A DNA stretch of 64,000 nucleotides from an uncultured Methanomicrobiales archaeon (GCA_963697895.1 OY969100.1:704001-768000), one strand, 5' to 3'. Counted from the stretch's first letter, positions 23,699-33,881 are shown. Translations and numbers: made by a program. The notes: generated by a model not told the origin, from the letters alone.

Positions 23699-24190
23699 AT
23701 GTATACTGTTCCGGAATTTTCTCATCCGGTATTTATCGCCAGGAATGCGACGGTGATTGGGGATGTGACGATCGGGGAGGACGTAGGAATCTGGTTTGGT
23801 GCCGTCGTTCGGGCGGATAAAGACCGGATTGTGATCGGCGACCGATCCAATATTCAGGATAACGCCGTCGTTCACACGAGCAGAGGTCACCCCTCTCTGA
23901 TTGGCAGACTCGTTTCGGTAGGTCACGGCGCAATACTTCACGGGTGCACGATCGGGGACCGGGTTCTTGTTGGGATGGGGGCGATAGTGATGAACGGGGC
24001 AATTATCGGCGAGGGCTCTATCCTGGGTGCGGGAACTATAGTTACGGAAAGTACAGAAATTCCTCCGGATTCGGTCGTCCTCGGTCTTCCCGGAAGAGTG
24101 GTAAAACAAGCGACTGAGCAACAACGTCAGTATATTAATGACAACGCACTGAATTATTGTGAATTAGCAAAGGAGTACCGCAATGGGTGA
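23699..24190 (+). CDS. Gamma carbonic anhydrase family (hexapeptide repeat) protein
   Basis: IGDV.IG, IWFGAVVRAD, SNIQDNAVVH, VGHGAILHGC. Confidence 0.92.
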   Translation: MYTVPEFSHPVFIARNATVIGDVTIGEDVGIWFGAVVRADKDRIVIGDRSNIQDNAVVHTSRGHPSLIGRLVSVGHGAILHGCTIGDRVLVGMGAIVMNGAIIGEGSILGAGTIVTESTEIPPDSVVLGLPGRVVKQATEQQRQYINDNALNYCELAKEYRNG

Positions 24191-25457
24191 TGTCGTTGTC
24201 ATCGGAGGAGGAATTACCGGTATCCAGGCTGCGCTGGATGTGGCGAATCACGGGATCAGGGTATACCTTATCGAGCGGGAACCTACCATCGGGGGCCATA
24301 TGGCCCAACTGGATAAAACATTCCCCACAAATGACTGTTCCATGTGCATTCTCAGCCCAAAGATGGTCGAAGTCCAGCGTCACCCGCTCATCACCGTACA
24401 TACCTGCAGCGAGATTGAACGGGTGGAAGGGGAGGTCGGGCACTTCACGGTTATCGTAAAGAAAAAACCCCGCTATATCGATGAAGATCAATGTACCGGG
24501 TGCGGGGATTGCATTCTTATCTGCCCCGTAGAGGTGTATAACCGTTATGATGCAGGAATCGGGGTGAGAAAGGCGATTTATAAGCCTCATCCACAGGCGG
24601 TACCGGACATCGTGATCAAAGATAACGAACATTGCATCGAATGCGGCCTTTGTTATGGAATATGTGGTAAGGATGCAATAAAAAAGGAAGATTCTCCCAC
24701 AACGATAGAACTGGAGGCTGCAAGCATTATTATCGCATGCGGGTACGTGACTTTTGATGCGGTTGATAAAGAGCAGTTCAGGTATCGCGTCCTTCCAGAC
24801 GTGATAACCAGTTTGGAGCTGGAGCGGATGATCAGCGCGAGCGGTCCGACTGGAGGCGAATTGCGACGTCTCTCCAACGGGGAGGCCCCCCATAACATCG
24901 TTTTCATCCAGTGCGTGGGATCCCGGGATGTACCCCTCGGCCGCTCGTATTGCTCGGGTGTCTGTTGTATGTCCGCGGTAAAAAATGCGATGTTAATTAA
25001 AGAAAAACACCCGGAAGTAGAGGTTTCCATCTGCTACATGGATATCAGGGCTTATGGAAAGGGGTATGAGGAGTATTACGAGCGGGCAAAGGGGCTTGGT
25101 GTCCAGTTTATCCGCGGGATGCCGTCAGACGTCATCGGGGACGATGATGGAATGATTCTTCGGGTGGAAAATACCGAGACGGGAGAATTTCTTATCCTCC
25201 ACCCGGACCTTGTCATCCTTTCAGTCGGCCTCGGACCGGCCGAAGATCTCCGAAAAATTGCGCAAAACCTCGGGATTGCCCTTGAAGAAGAAGGGTTCAT
25301 CAGGCCGCTCGATGCAAAGATCAACACGGTTGCGACGATCAGGCCGGGCATTTATGCTGCAGGGACCGCAGTCTCGCCCCGGGACATTCCGGACTGCGTC
25401 GCGCATGCGGGTGCAGCTGCGATGCGTGCATTCATGGATGCGTCCCGGGAAGGTTGA
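24183..25457 (+). CDS. Short stand-alone HdrA-like FAD/Fe-S oxidoreductase
   Basis: VIGGGITG, IGGHMAQLDKTFPTNDCSMCIL, two CxxCxxCxxxC motifs, IQCVGSRD...YCSGVCC; no C-terminal ferredoxin domain. Confidence 0.9.
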   Translation: MGDVVVIGGGITGIQAALDVANHGIRVYLIEREPTIGGHMAQLDKTFPTNDCSMCILSPKMVEVQRHPLITVHTCSEIERVEGEVGHFTVIVKKKPRYIDEDQCTGCGDCILICPVEVYNRYDAGIGVRKAIYKPHPQAVPDIVIKDNEHCIECGLCYGICGKDAIKKEDSPTTIELEAASIIIACGYVTFDAVDKEQFRYRVLPDVITSLELERMISASGPTGGELRRLSNGEAPHNIVFIQCVGSRDVPLGRSYCSGVCCMSAVKNAMLIKEKHPEVEVSICYMDIRAYGKGYEEYYERAKGLGVQFIRGMPSDVIGDDDGMILRVENTETGEFLILHPDLVILSVGLGPAEDLRKIAQNLGIALEEEGFIRPLDAKINTVATIRPGIYAAGTAVSPRDIPDCVAHAGAAAMRAFMDASREG

Positions 25458-25461
25458 CGGG

Positions 25462-26499
25462 ATGCACGAGTGGCAGACCATCCGATGGGATGACAATACC
25501 GGGAAAATTATCCTCATTGATCAGACGAAACTCCCCGGAAAATATGAAGAAATGAGATGCTCTTCGGTACGAGACCTGGTATCGGCTATACAATGTCTCG
25601 CGGTCCGGGGAGCTCCGGCACTCGGGGTTGCAGGTGGATACGGAGTGGCACTCGCAGGATACACAGCTTCTGACAAGACGATGAAGGGCTTTGCCGCGAC
25701 AGTGAGGGCATCTGCAGAGATCATCCGGAATGCCCGCCCGACTGCAGTCAACCTCGGGTGGGGTGTGGACCGGGTACTCGGGAGTCTCGATCAGACGAAG
25801 TCCATAGAGGAAGCCCGCGTCCTGTTGCTCGAAGAAGCGAAGAGGGTTGCGTCCGAGGATATCATCACCTGCAAGGCAATCGGAGATACCGGTGCCCCGC
25901 TCCTGCCGGACCGATGTACGGTGCTCACGCACTGTAATGCAGGGGCTCTTGCATGCACAGCATGGGGAACGGCCCTGGGAGTGGTAAGAACGGCAATTCT
26001 GCAGGGGAAGGATGTCCGCGTAATTGCCTGTGAGACACGGCCTCTCTTCCAGGGGGCACGCCTGACGGCATGGGAACTGGAACAGGATGGAATCGATGTC
26101 ACGGTCATCACAGATTCCACTGCAGCCTTCCTCATGCGCACCGGCAGGATTGACCTGGTTCTGGTCGGAGCAGACCGTATCACGCGTGATGCGGTTTTCA
26201 ATAAAATCGGAACGTATATGCACGCGGTATGCGCGAGGTATCACGGTATCCCGTTCTATGTCGCTGCTCCGTTTTCTACGTTTGATCGGGGACATAGCGA
26301 ACCGGATATTACGATCGAGGAACGGGGGCGCGAAGAGATCGCCGGATGTGGGGGGGTCAAAACAGTACCTGACAACGCAGGCATAGAGAATTATGCCTTT
26401 GATGCGACGCCACTTTCCCTCATTTCAGGAATTATTACCGAAAAAGGCCTGCTTACCCCTCCGTATCCCTCGATCGTCCAGCAATCCCGGGATGTATGA
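25462..26499 (+). CDS. mtnA: Methylthioribose-1-phosphate isomerase (eIF2B-like family)
   Basis: VRGAPALG, RPTAVNL, LTHCNAGALA, ETRP..QGARLT, NKIGTY, FDATP. Confidence 0.92.
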   Translation: MHEWQTIRWDDNTGKIILIDQTKLPGKYEEMRCSSVRDLVSAIQCLAVRGAPALGVAGGYGVALAGYTASDKTMKGFAATVRASAEIIRNARPTAVNLGWGVDRVLGSLDQTKSIEEARVLLLEEAKRVASEDIITCKAIGDTGAPLLPDRCTVLTHCNAGALACTAWGTALGVVRTAILQGKDVRVIACETRPLFQGARLTAWELEQDGIDVTVITDSTAAFLMRTGRIDLVLVGADRITRDAVFNKIGTYMHAVCARYHGIPFYVAAPFSTFDRGHSEPDITIEERGREEIAGCGGVKTVPDNAGIENYAFDATPLSLISGIITEKGLLTPPYPSIVQQSRDV

Positions 26500-27245
26500 C
26501 TTCGACCGGACTCCTTCTCTTAAGTTCACTGGATGGCGAAATTCCCCTTGGATACCAGATCGTCTATTATATCGGCGAGATCACCCTCATCATCCTCGCC
26601 GGTCTGATCATCACGGTATTTACCCTCGTCGGGCTTTCCCTGTACTCCATGCGCTCCGGAAAGTTGATCTTTCCCGGATTTCTGAAAGCCGGAATGGTCC
26701 TGTTGGAGGGGTTCGCCAAGGCATTGTTCCGGTTGTTCGGGTTGGAAGATCGGGAGGTCCAGGCGTTCTTTATCCAGATCCAGAACGCGATGAATAGAAA
26801 GGCCTTCGCTGCCGTACCCATCGCAGAAAGAGCAATATTTTTACCTCAATGCCTCCGCTCGTCGATCTGTCCGGCGCATCTTACTCCTGAGGGATTGAAA
26901 TGTAAAAGCTGTGGTTCGTGCGGGATCGAATATGTCAAAAGAACCCTCGAACAGATGGGGTATCACCTGTTCATCGTCCCGGGTTCTTCTTTCATAAAAA
27001 GAATGGTGAAACAGTACCATCCGAAGGCGATCATCGGGGTCGGATGTCTCTCCGAAGTAAAAGACGGGTTGGAAATGGCGGATAAGATCGGGTTGATCGC
27101 CATAGGAGTGGTTACCCTGAAGGAGGGGTGTGTCGAAACCCTGGTGAACTGGGACGATCTCTTTGAAGTCGCAATACTCGGCTTGGACCCGGACCTGATC
27201 CCGGATGAGATCAGGCCGGGACATCCCCCCTTTGCTCCCAAGTGA
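26496..27245 (+). CDS. DUF116 family Cys-motif membrane-anchored protein
   Basis: FLPQCLRS..CPA...CKSCGSC, IVPGSS, IIGVGC, GCVET; N-terminal TM segment. Confidence 0.8.
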   Translation: MTSTGLLLLSSLDGEIPLGYQIVYYIGEITLIILAGLIITVFTLVGLSLYSMRSGKLIFPGFLKAGMVLLEGFAKALFRLFGLEDREVQAFFIQIQNAMNRKAFAAVPIAERAIFLPQCLRSSICPAHLTPEGLKCKSCGSCGIEYVKRTLEQMGYHLFIVPGSSFIKRMVKQYHPKAIIGVGCLSEVKDGLEMADKIGLIAIGVVTLKEGCVETLVNWDDLFEVAILGLDPDLIPDEIRPGHPPFAPK

Positions 27246-27289
27246 GGTCCGATGGAGAGGACGTTATAAGTTTCCGCTGCCGTCTGCAT

Positions 27290-28129
27290 TCACAGGAAGA
27301 GCGCTGCCAGGGTGAATACCAGCAATGACGCGAACATTCCGATCTTGAGAAATTCCGTCGATCGCGATGCTCTTACACAGGAAGGCGTGGTACATGCAAA
27401 CGATCGCGCTGCTCCAATCAGAATAATGAGATCGATGACTGCTATACCGGCAAGATACCAGGGTCCCCACCAGATATAGGGTATAACACTCGCGGCAACC
27501 GCTCCGATTGAAAATAAAAGGGCGATAATGGCGGTTTTTCTGACGCCGATCAGGACAGGGAGCGTCCGTGCGCCGGCAGCCGCATCCCCCACGAGGTCTT
27601 CGGCGGCCTTCAGGAGTTCACGAGAGATCATCGCAAGGATGGTGATGGCCACGATAGGGGCGATGTGAAGGATTCCTTCCCCTCCTGCCAGCGCTCCTCC
27701 GAAGAGAAATATACTTCCGGAAAGGTAGGCGACAGTACCATTCCCGACAAAAGCCATCCGTTTCAACCGTGCCGCGTACAGGATAAGAAGAATGGAATTA
27801 GTCAGCACAATGAGGAGGCAGACGGGGTTCGTTGGGATTGTGAGCAGAATTCCTGTAGAGAAGAGGAGAATGGTGAGCAGAAGTGCAGTACGGGGAGTTA
27901 TTTCACCCGAGGGAAGGGGTCGGTCCGGTCTGTTTATTGCGTCTATACGAACGTCATAATAGTCATTGACGATATTTCCTGCGGCGGTGATGCAGAAGAC
28001 GATGGGAATGAGAATCAATGCAAAAGGGATAAGGGTTCCCGTTGCGATGAAAAATGCAAGAACTGCAGCGATTCCGGCCACCAGGGAATTTACCGGTCGC
28101 AGGATCCTGATCATCCCGGGTACGATCAT
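27290..28129 (-). CDS. Digeranylgeranylglyceryl phosphate synthase (UbiA family)
   Basis: RPVN, NDYYDVRIDAINRPDRPLPSG, RELLKAAEDLVGD; multiple TM segments. Confidence 0.92.
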   Translation of the reverse strand: MIVPGMIRILRPVNSLVAGIAAVLAFFIATGTLIPFALILIPIVFCITAAGNIVNDYYDVRIDAINRPDRPLPSGEITPRTALLLTILLFSTGILLTIPTNPVCLLIVLTNSILLILYAARLKRMAFVGNGTVAYLSGSIFLFGGALAGGEGILHIAPIVAITILAMISRELLKAAEDLVGDAAAGARTLPVLIGVRKTAIIALLFSIGAVAASVIPYIWWGPWYLAGIAVIDLIILIGAARSFACTTPSCVRASRSTEFLKIGMFASLLVFTLAALFL

Positions 28130-28207
28130 ACCATCACCACTCCTGCTCTCTATTACTTTTCTCTTACCCATTAACCTTGAGCTCCTACATCGGTTTTTCG
28201 AGAAAAG

Positions 28208-28282
28208 CGGGCGTGGGGGGATTTGAACCCCCGACCATTAGCTTAGGAGGCTAACGCCCTATCCGGACTAGGCCACACGCCC
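28208..28282 (-). tRNA. tRNA-Arg(CCT)
   Basis: Acceptor GGGCGTG/CACGCCC; anticodon arm TTAGC-CTCCTAA-GCTAA; T-loop TTCAAAT. Confidence 0.95.
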
Positions 28283-28345
28283 CCGCTCATATCCATTAAC
28301 GAGGAGAAGGTATAAGGTTAACGAACTTCAACATTGGAGAGAAAT

Positions 28346-29461
28346 ATGGATTTAATTGAGGTAACCGAGGGTCGAACGCAGTTTTTTGTACCACTGCAGG
28401 ACCCCGGGGTCCCATTTCCGCCGGGAGCGGCAGCGGTCTTCTTTAACCGGCGAATGGAATTGAACCGGGACGCAACCGTTCTCCTTACCTCGATCACCCG
28501 GCCATACCGGTACCTGGATGCAATGGCCGCGACCGGCGTGCGGGGTTTACGGATCGCCAATGAATGCGGGATTCCCGTCACGGTAAATGATCGAAATAAA
28601 AAAGCAGAAGAGCTTATCAGAATGAATGTATGCCGTTCCCGCCTGCCGATTGAAGTGCTCGCCGAAGATGTGAATGTACTGCTCAGTCTTCGTCATTTTG
28701 ACGCGGTGGATCTCGACCCCTTCGGAACCCCGGCACCATTCACCGATGCCGGGGTCCGAAGTGCGAACCGGTTCCTGTTCATAACGGCAACGGATACCGC
28801 ACCCCTCTGTGGGGCCCATATGAAGGCGGGTATACGGAGATATTTCGCATTTCCGCTCAATACGGAATACCATAGTGAAGTCGGCCTTCGGATTCTTATG
28901 GGATTTGTAGCAAGGGAAGCGGCGAAATATGATAAGGGGATTGAACCTCTCTTCTGCTTCGCCTATGAGCATTATATCCGCCTTCACCTTGGGGTACTGC
29001 ATGGCGCCCTGAAAGCAGACCGGTCCCTCGGGCACCTGGGGTTTGTATTCCAGTGTCCGGGCTGTCCTCACCGGGTGGAACAATCCGGTTTGAGGGCAAG
29101 CACCATCCGGTGTGAATTTTGCGGACATGAGATGGCCCCCATAGGGCCGTTATGGATGGGAGCCATAAGCAGTCCGGAAACGATTGCCCTGATGCTGCAG
29201 GAACTTCCCCGTATGAATCTTGGAACATCTTCGGAATTGGAAAAACTGCTGGTCCTTTGTGGAGAAGAACTTCCGTTCGCATCATTTTATGATTATCACC
29301 AGCTCGCAAAACACCTGAAGGTATCACCTCCACAGATCACGTTTGTACTGGATCAACTCAAAAAACGAGGTTTCCGGGCGAGCCGTACTCACTACGCAGG
29401 AACCGGAATCAAGACGGACGCCCCACTGGCCGATCTATATGCGAGTATCCACGCGTATTAA
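28346..29461 (+). CDS. trm1: tRNA (guanine26-N2)-dimethyltransferase
   Basis: VFFNRRMELNRD, DAMAATGVRGLR, DLDPFGTP, TATDTAPLCG, Zn ribbon, GPLW, KTDAP. Confidence 0.95.
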   Translation: MDLIEVTEGRTQFFVPLQDPGVPFPPGAAAVFFNRRMELNRDATVLLTSITRPYRYLDAMAATGVRGLRIANECGIPVTVNDRNKKAEELIRMNVCRSRLPIEVLAEDVNVLLSLRHFDAVDLDPFGTPAPFTDAGVRSANRFLFITATDTAPLCGAHMKAGIRRYFAFPLNTEYHSEVGLRILMGFVAREAAKYDKGIEPLFCFAYEHYIRLHLGVLHGALKADRSLGHLGFVFQCPGCPHRVEQSGLRASTIRCEFCGHEMAPIGPLWMGAISSPETIALMLQELPRMNLGTSSELEKLLVLCGEELPFASFYDYHQLAKHLKVSPPQITFVLDQLKKRGFRASRTHYAGTGIKTDAPLADLYASIHAY

Positions 29462-29517
29462 TCTCGGGAATCATTTTTCTCCAGAAATGCCTGAAGGTTG
29501 CGTCCGGTTTCCCGGTT

Positions 29518-30630
29518 CTAGTGCTCAATGATTATCGAGAGGAGATCCCCGTCGTGGAGCCGGTAGGGAAGTCCTACCCGCTGACCCGGATGCTTCACCA
29601 ACTTTCCCCAGATACGGGCATATCGAAACCGGTCGACAAAGTCACGATGGAGTTTTCGGCATACGTCTTCGACGGTACTTCCCGAACGGATGATGAGCGG
29701 CTCCTCGAGATCCGCCACTCCGCTTTGTGGTTTCAGAAATACCCGCATAAACCCGAGCTGCTGGTAAATAACTTCTTTCAGTTCATCGATATGAAATCCC
29801 ATCTGGGCGGAGATCATGACCGGATGCATATTGAACCGATAAATGAGATCTTCTTCTATCTTCCCGACCGTGGGGGGATCGATAAGATCCACCTTGTTTA
29901 CCACGATGATTGCCGGGGCAAATATCCGGTTCCCCAACACCGCGTCAATGACATCGTCCTGGGTTGCTCCTCCCCTGATAAGGATATCCGCATTCATTAG
30001 TTTATTTTCGGCCATGATCGCACGGATCTCTTCGATGTCGAGGGACAGTGTGCCGACCGCATTGAGCCGGATCCCCCCGTGGGAAGTCTTCTTGATAGTG
30101 ATATCGGGACGCTGCCGGTTGATCCTGATACCTGCGTCATAGAGTTCTTTCATAAGAACATTGACGTGGCCCTGGTTGAACACGTCAACGAGGATTACAA
30201 TCATATCCGCACTGCGGACGACCCCGATCACTTCTTTCCCCCTCCCTTTTCCCATTGCTGCTCCGGCAATGAGTCCGGGGATGTCTAGGATCTGAATCTT
30301 TGCGCCTTTGTACTCCATTGCACCGGGAACGACCGTGAGAGTTGTGAATTCATACGCCGCAACCTCGCTCTGAGCCCCGGTCATCTGGTTAAGCAGGGTG
30401 CTCTTTCCGGTAGAGGGAAACCCGACGAGCACGACGGTTGCATCACCGGATTTCTTTACAGAGTATCCTTCTCCGCCTCCTCCAGACCGCATCGCCCTGT
30501 TGACCGCCTCGTCTCGGAGCTTTGCGATCTTTGCCTTGATTCGTCCGATGTGCTTGGACGTGGCCTTATTATAGGGAGTCTTCTGGAGCTCATCCTCCAG
30601 TTCCTTTACCTGTTCCTCAAGACCACTCAT
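29518..30630 (-). CDS. DRG/OBG-family GTPase with TGS domain
   Basis: NKATSKH, GFPSTGKST, YEFTTLT, DIPGL, NKVD and C-terminal TGS. Confidence 0.95.
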   Translation of the reverse strand: MSGLEEQVKELEDELQKTPYNKATSKHIGRIKAKIAKLRDEAVNRAMRSGGGGEGYSVKKSGDATVVLVGFPSTGKSTLLNQMTGAQSEVAAYEFTTLTVVPGAMEYKGAKIQILDIPGLIAGAAMGKGRGKEVIGVVRSADMIVILVDVFNQGHVNVLMKELYDAGIRINRQRPDITIKKTSHGGIRLNAVGTLSLDIEEIRAIMAENKLMNADILIRGGATQDDVIDAVLGNRIFAPAIIVVNKVDLIDPPTVGKIEEDLIYRFNMHPVMISAQMGFHIDELKEVIYQQLGFMRVFLKPQSGVADLEEPLIIRSGSTVEDVCRKLHRDFVDRFRYARIWGKLVKHPGQRVGLPYRLHDGDLLSIIIEH

Positions 30631-30777
30631 TTACTTATATTAGTGGCGGGATCGGCGACATATAGTTGTGGGTTGGCATATACGGTATTAAAATCCCGAT
30701 TTCGAAGGTTGATGGCCGATAAGGGCGACGGTTACAACATCTTTAAGTAAAACAAGCACCCAGATATGTGAGCAGTT

Positions 30778-30852
30778 GCTGCTATAGTGTAGTCCGGCCA
30801 ATCATGTGGGACTCTCACTCCCACGACTGGGGTTCGAATCCCCATAGCAGCA
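30778..30852 (+). tRNA. tRNA-Glu(CTC)
   Basis: Acceptor GCTGCTA/TAGCAGC; anticodon arm TGGGA-CTCTCAC-TCCCA; TTCGAAT; TATA-like tttaagta upstream. Confidence 0.95.
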
Positions 30853-31606
30853 TTCTATTTTAGGGAGTCATTTGGGGGTAGTTGAGTATCTCCATATGTA
30901 TTGTATTTTCCGCTTTAATACCCGGAAAATCGTTCATCTGAAACATAGACAACCTCGTAAAACCAAGCAAAAACCCTGGAATGTCAAGATCAAATATCTA
31001 TTCGGGAAGACACTAGTTTAGCTTCAAATAACCCCGGTTTGAGCGTATTACCCAGGAAATGTGATATTCTCTACCGCTCGCCTGAAGAACCCTGAACACC
31101 GTAATCAAAAATACTGATATAATCTGCCATTTATTAAAAAGGAGTGAGAATTACCGATTAAAAAGGTGCTTAATAGCGCCCCTCCGGCACGAGGGTAAAA
31201 TCAGATATACTGTCAACCATCCAAGATAAGATCCGGTCCCTAACCATCAGGGACGAGGCGTCTTTCTCGGTTAATTACGGGGAGATTTGGGGGTTTATGA
31301 CACATCATGCGGAGGGATTCCCATAGTATCCTCTCTCTTAATACCGTTCATTTCCTCGCACTACTTAACCTATGTTTAGCGGAAATATGGCCAGGATACA
31401 TACTCTCGGCTTAAACAGGAGATTGATATCGGGCGGTACCGAAGGCTATAAAAAACAAAGCAAATGATTCGGATCAGATGGCGGTTTTCAACTTCCGCAG
31501 GGATCCCCGGAATTCGTACGGGAATGAGATTTACGAACCTATCTCTGATTATTTATTTCGTCGGTAAATCAGATTAAAAAAATAGTTTGGGAAGATTGCT
31601 TCTCCA

Positions 31607-32107
31607 TTAAAAATACAGAACGCTCGGCAATGCAAACGGGTCAGCGACACCAAGCGAGTTCGCCCATGTCGGAACCGAGACATCAGTCGATATGCTGGAA
31701 ATCGCGAATGGATCCGCTACTCCGAGCGAGTTTGCCCATGTTGGAACCGAGACATCAGTCGATATGCTGGAAATCGCGAATGGATCCGCTACTCCGAGCG
31801 AGTTTGCCCATGTTGGAACCGAGACATCAGTCGATATGCTGGAAATCGCGAATGGATCCGCTACTCCGAGCGAGTTTGCCCATGTTGGAACCGAGACATC
31901 GTTCGATATGCTCGGCAATGCAAACGGGTCAGCGACACCAAGCGAGTTCGAATACGTCGGAACCGTGATGTCAGTAGATACACTGGGTATATCGAACAGA
32001 CTATCCGGAACCGCTGTTGGATCTGTTGTTTCCTGGGCAATCGCCGGTACTATCATACCAAGCGCAAGTATTGCCGCAATAACAAGGAGATACAGTTGTT
32101 TTTTCAT
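31607..32107 (-). CDS. Secreted protein built of five 24-aa tandem repeats
   Basis: GGAGA RBS; signal peptide MKKQLYLLVIAAILALGMIVPAIA; repeat unit DVSVPTWANSLGVADPFAISSIST; T-rich terminator-like run downstream. Confidence 0.8.
   Translation of the reverse strand: MKKQLYLLVIAAILALGMIVPAIAQETTDPTAVPDSLFDIPSVSTDITVPTYSNSLGVADPFALPSISNDVSVPTWANSLGVADPFAISSISTDVSVPTWANSLGVADPFAISSISTDVSVPTWANSLGVADPFAISSISTDVSVPTWANSLGVADPFALPSVLYF
31681..31896 (-). repeat. Three identical 72-bp tandem units, flanked by two codon-variant units
   Basis: catcagtcgatatgctggaaatcgcg starts at 31681, 31753 and 31825. Confidence 0.95.
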
Positions 32108-32354
32108 GAGTTCATCTCCGATAAATAAACTTAGGTTCCTTCATATATATTGTTTCTCGGTGTGACAAACGGGATTTCAACGGAATTTAAAAAAAAAAAT
32201 AAATATCAGGGCTCGCAATACAAATCGTACAACGCTCGATCTATTGTAGTCACCTGAGCCCATTAGGTTCGATGGAGCGCAAAGATGAAATTTCTCTGAC
32301 GGTTTTTAAGAAAGATTTATCTCATCGGCTATAGCATACGCACTAAGGGACCCC

Positions 32355-32555
32355 ATGATTGAAAAAGTAAAAGTTCCGAGAAAGGTCTATGAAGAATTGA
32401 AGGTCATTAACCGGGAGATTCATTATACTCTCGACTATTCTCAGGTCATAAAAAAAGCAGAAGACAACGGATTTATCACAACAGCGGAATGGTTGAGAAA
32501 TAATGAAGAACAATATAAACGGGGATTTTCCCATGGGTTTGAACCGATAGACTAA
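32355..32555 (+). CDS. Small protein, DUF5049-like
   Basis: KVPRKVYEEL...LDYSQV...AEDNGF..TAEWL....EQYKRGF..GF resembles DUF5049 as recalled, not searched. Confidence 0.6.
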   Translation: MIEKVKVPRKVYEELKVINREIHYTLDYSQVIKKAEDNGFITTAEWLRNNEEQYKRGFSHGFEPID

Positions 32556-32730
32556 ATTATTCGGCATGTTATTATTTTTGCAAAAAAATATTGTTTTCCA
32601 TGGTTTATTTGTTTTTAATCTTATCGATTTTTTTTGAATACTTAATTTTTTCTCCAGTGGAATCATTCCATAAGATCCCGCATGGATATATCTACGAAAA
32701 AATTAACCAAAGATTATTAAATTCAGAAAA

Positions 32731-32803
32731 CGCCCCGGCCGGGATTCGAACCCGGGTCAAAAGTCTCCGGAGGCTTCTAGGATATCCACTACCCTACCGG
32801 GAC
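32731..32803 (-). tRNA. tRNA-Arg(CCG), with one extra base in the anticodon stem
   Basis: Acceptor GTCCCGG/CCGGGGC; anticodon arm GAAGC-CTCCGGA-G(A)CTTT; TTCGAAT. Confidence 0.9.
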
Positions 32804-32852
32804 GCAGGCGCCTCTATATTATTTCCCTTTTGGTTATATTAAAGAGCGGGGA

Positions 32853-33881
32853 TCAGGTACGACGCACCTGGTACCGGTACCATATCTTGCACGCCCCTTC
32901 ATGGCTCACCATGCAGGGACCGATCGGCGTCCGTGGATTACATCCCTTTCCAAAGAGTCTGCAGTCCGAAGGCTGGGCAATACCCCGCAAAACCCGGTCG
33001 CAGATGCAGGCAGAATGCTTCCCGACATGATGGAAAACGATCCCGAATTTCTTTTGTGCGTCATATCGTTCGAATTCTCCCCGGATTCGGAGTCCGGAAC
33101 CGGGTATAACCGGGAACCCCCGCCATTCTACATCAGCCGGTTCGAAGACACGGTGCATTATTTCCTGAGCCCTGACATTACCCTCACAGCTCACCGCCCG
33201 TGGATATGCATTTTCAAGACGATATGTCCCCTCACGTGCCTGGCGTACCAGCATCAGGAGACCGAGAAGGATATCGTCCGGTTCAAAACCTGCAACCACC
33301 TGCGGTACAGGGAACCGTTGATATTCATGATATCCCATCACGGTGCACACATGGCCGGGAAGCATAAACCCGTCAATCTTCGCCTCCCCCTGTTCGAGAA
33401 GCCATTGCATGGCAGGAGGCACCACCCGGTGGCAGGAAAGGATACTGAAATTTGTTGGGGGCTCCGTCAGAATAGTGGCGGCTACGGTAGGGGCCGTGGT
33501 TTCAAACCCGACCGAAATAAATACAACCTCTTTTTCGGTTTTCCTGGCGATATCGACTGCTTTATGGACACCCTGCACCACCCGGACATCTCCCCCGCAG
33601 GATTCGAGGGATCCCTGAGAACCCGGGACGCGAAGGAGATCTCCATACGTTGCAATGATGCAGCCCCGTTCGGCGAGCTCGAGTGCAGCATCGATCTCTC
33701 CCTGCGGGGTGATGCAGACCGGACAACCCGGACCCATGACAATCTTCAACATTTTCGGGAGAATGCTGCGGATCCCGTGACGGGCAATTGCTGCTTCGTG
33801 CGTTCCGCAGATATGCATGAAGCAGAGATCCCGATCGGTGATCGACTCCAGTTGTCGTGCAATATCCTTTCCAATCGCCAT
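32853..33881 (-). CDS. hypD: Hydrogenase maturation protein HypD
   Basis: MHICGTHE, GPGCPVC, GFETTAP, PGHV, GPCMVSHEGAC. Confidence 0.97.
   Translation of the reverse strand: MAIGKDIARQLESITDRDLCFMHICGTHEAAIARHGIRSILPKMLKIVMGPGCPVCITPQGEIDAALELAERGCIIATYGDLLRVPGSQGSLESCGGDVRVVQGVHKAVDIARKTEKEVVFISVGFETTAPTVAATILTEPPTNFSILSCHRVVPPAMQWLLEQGEAKIDGFMLPGHVCTVMGYHEYQRFPVPQVVAGFEPDDILLGLLMLVRQAREGTYRLENAYPRAVSCEGNVRAQEIMHRVFEPADVEWRGFPVIPGSGLRIRGEFERYDAQKKFGIVFHHVGKHSACICDRVLRGIAQPSDCRLFGKGCNPRTPIGPCMVSHEGACKIWYRYQVRRT

Noticed and set aside
31620-31990. 72-bp repeats as a possible CRISPR array
   Set aside because: Contiguous with no spacers, period divisible by 3, and inside an ORF with a signal peptide.
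30853-32730. Integrated element between tRNA-Glu and tRNA-Arg
   Set aside because: No integrase or transposase and no duplicated tRNA 3' end seen; only AT-rich accessory DNA.
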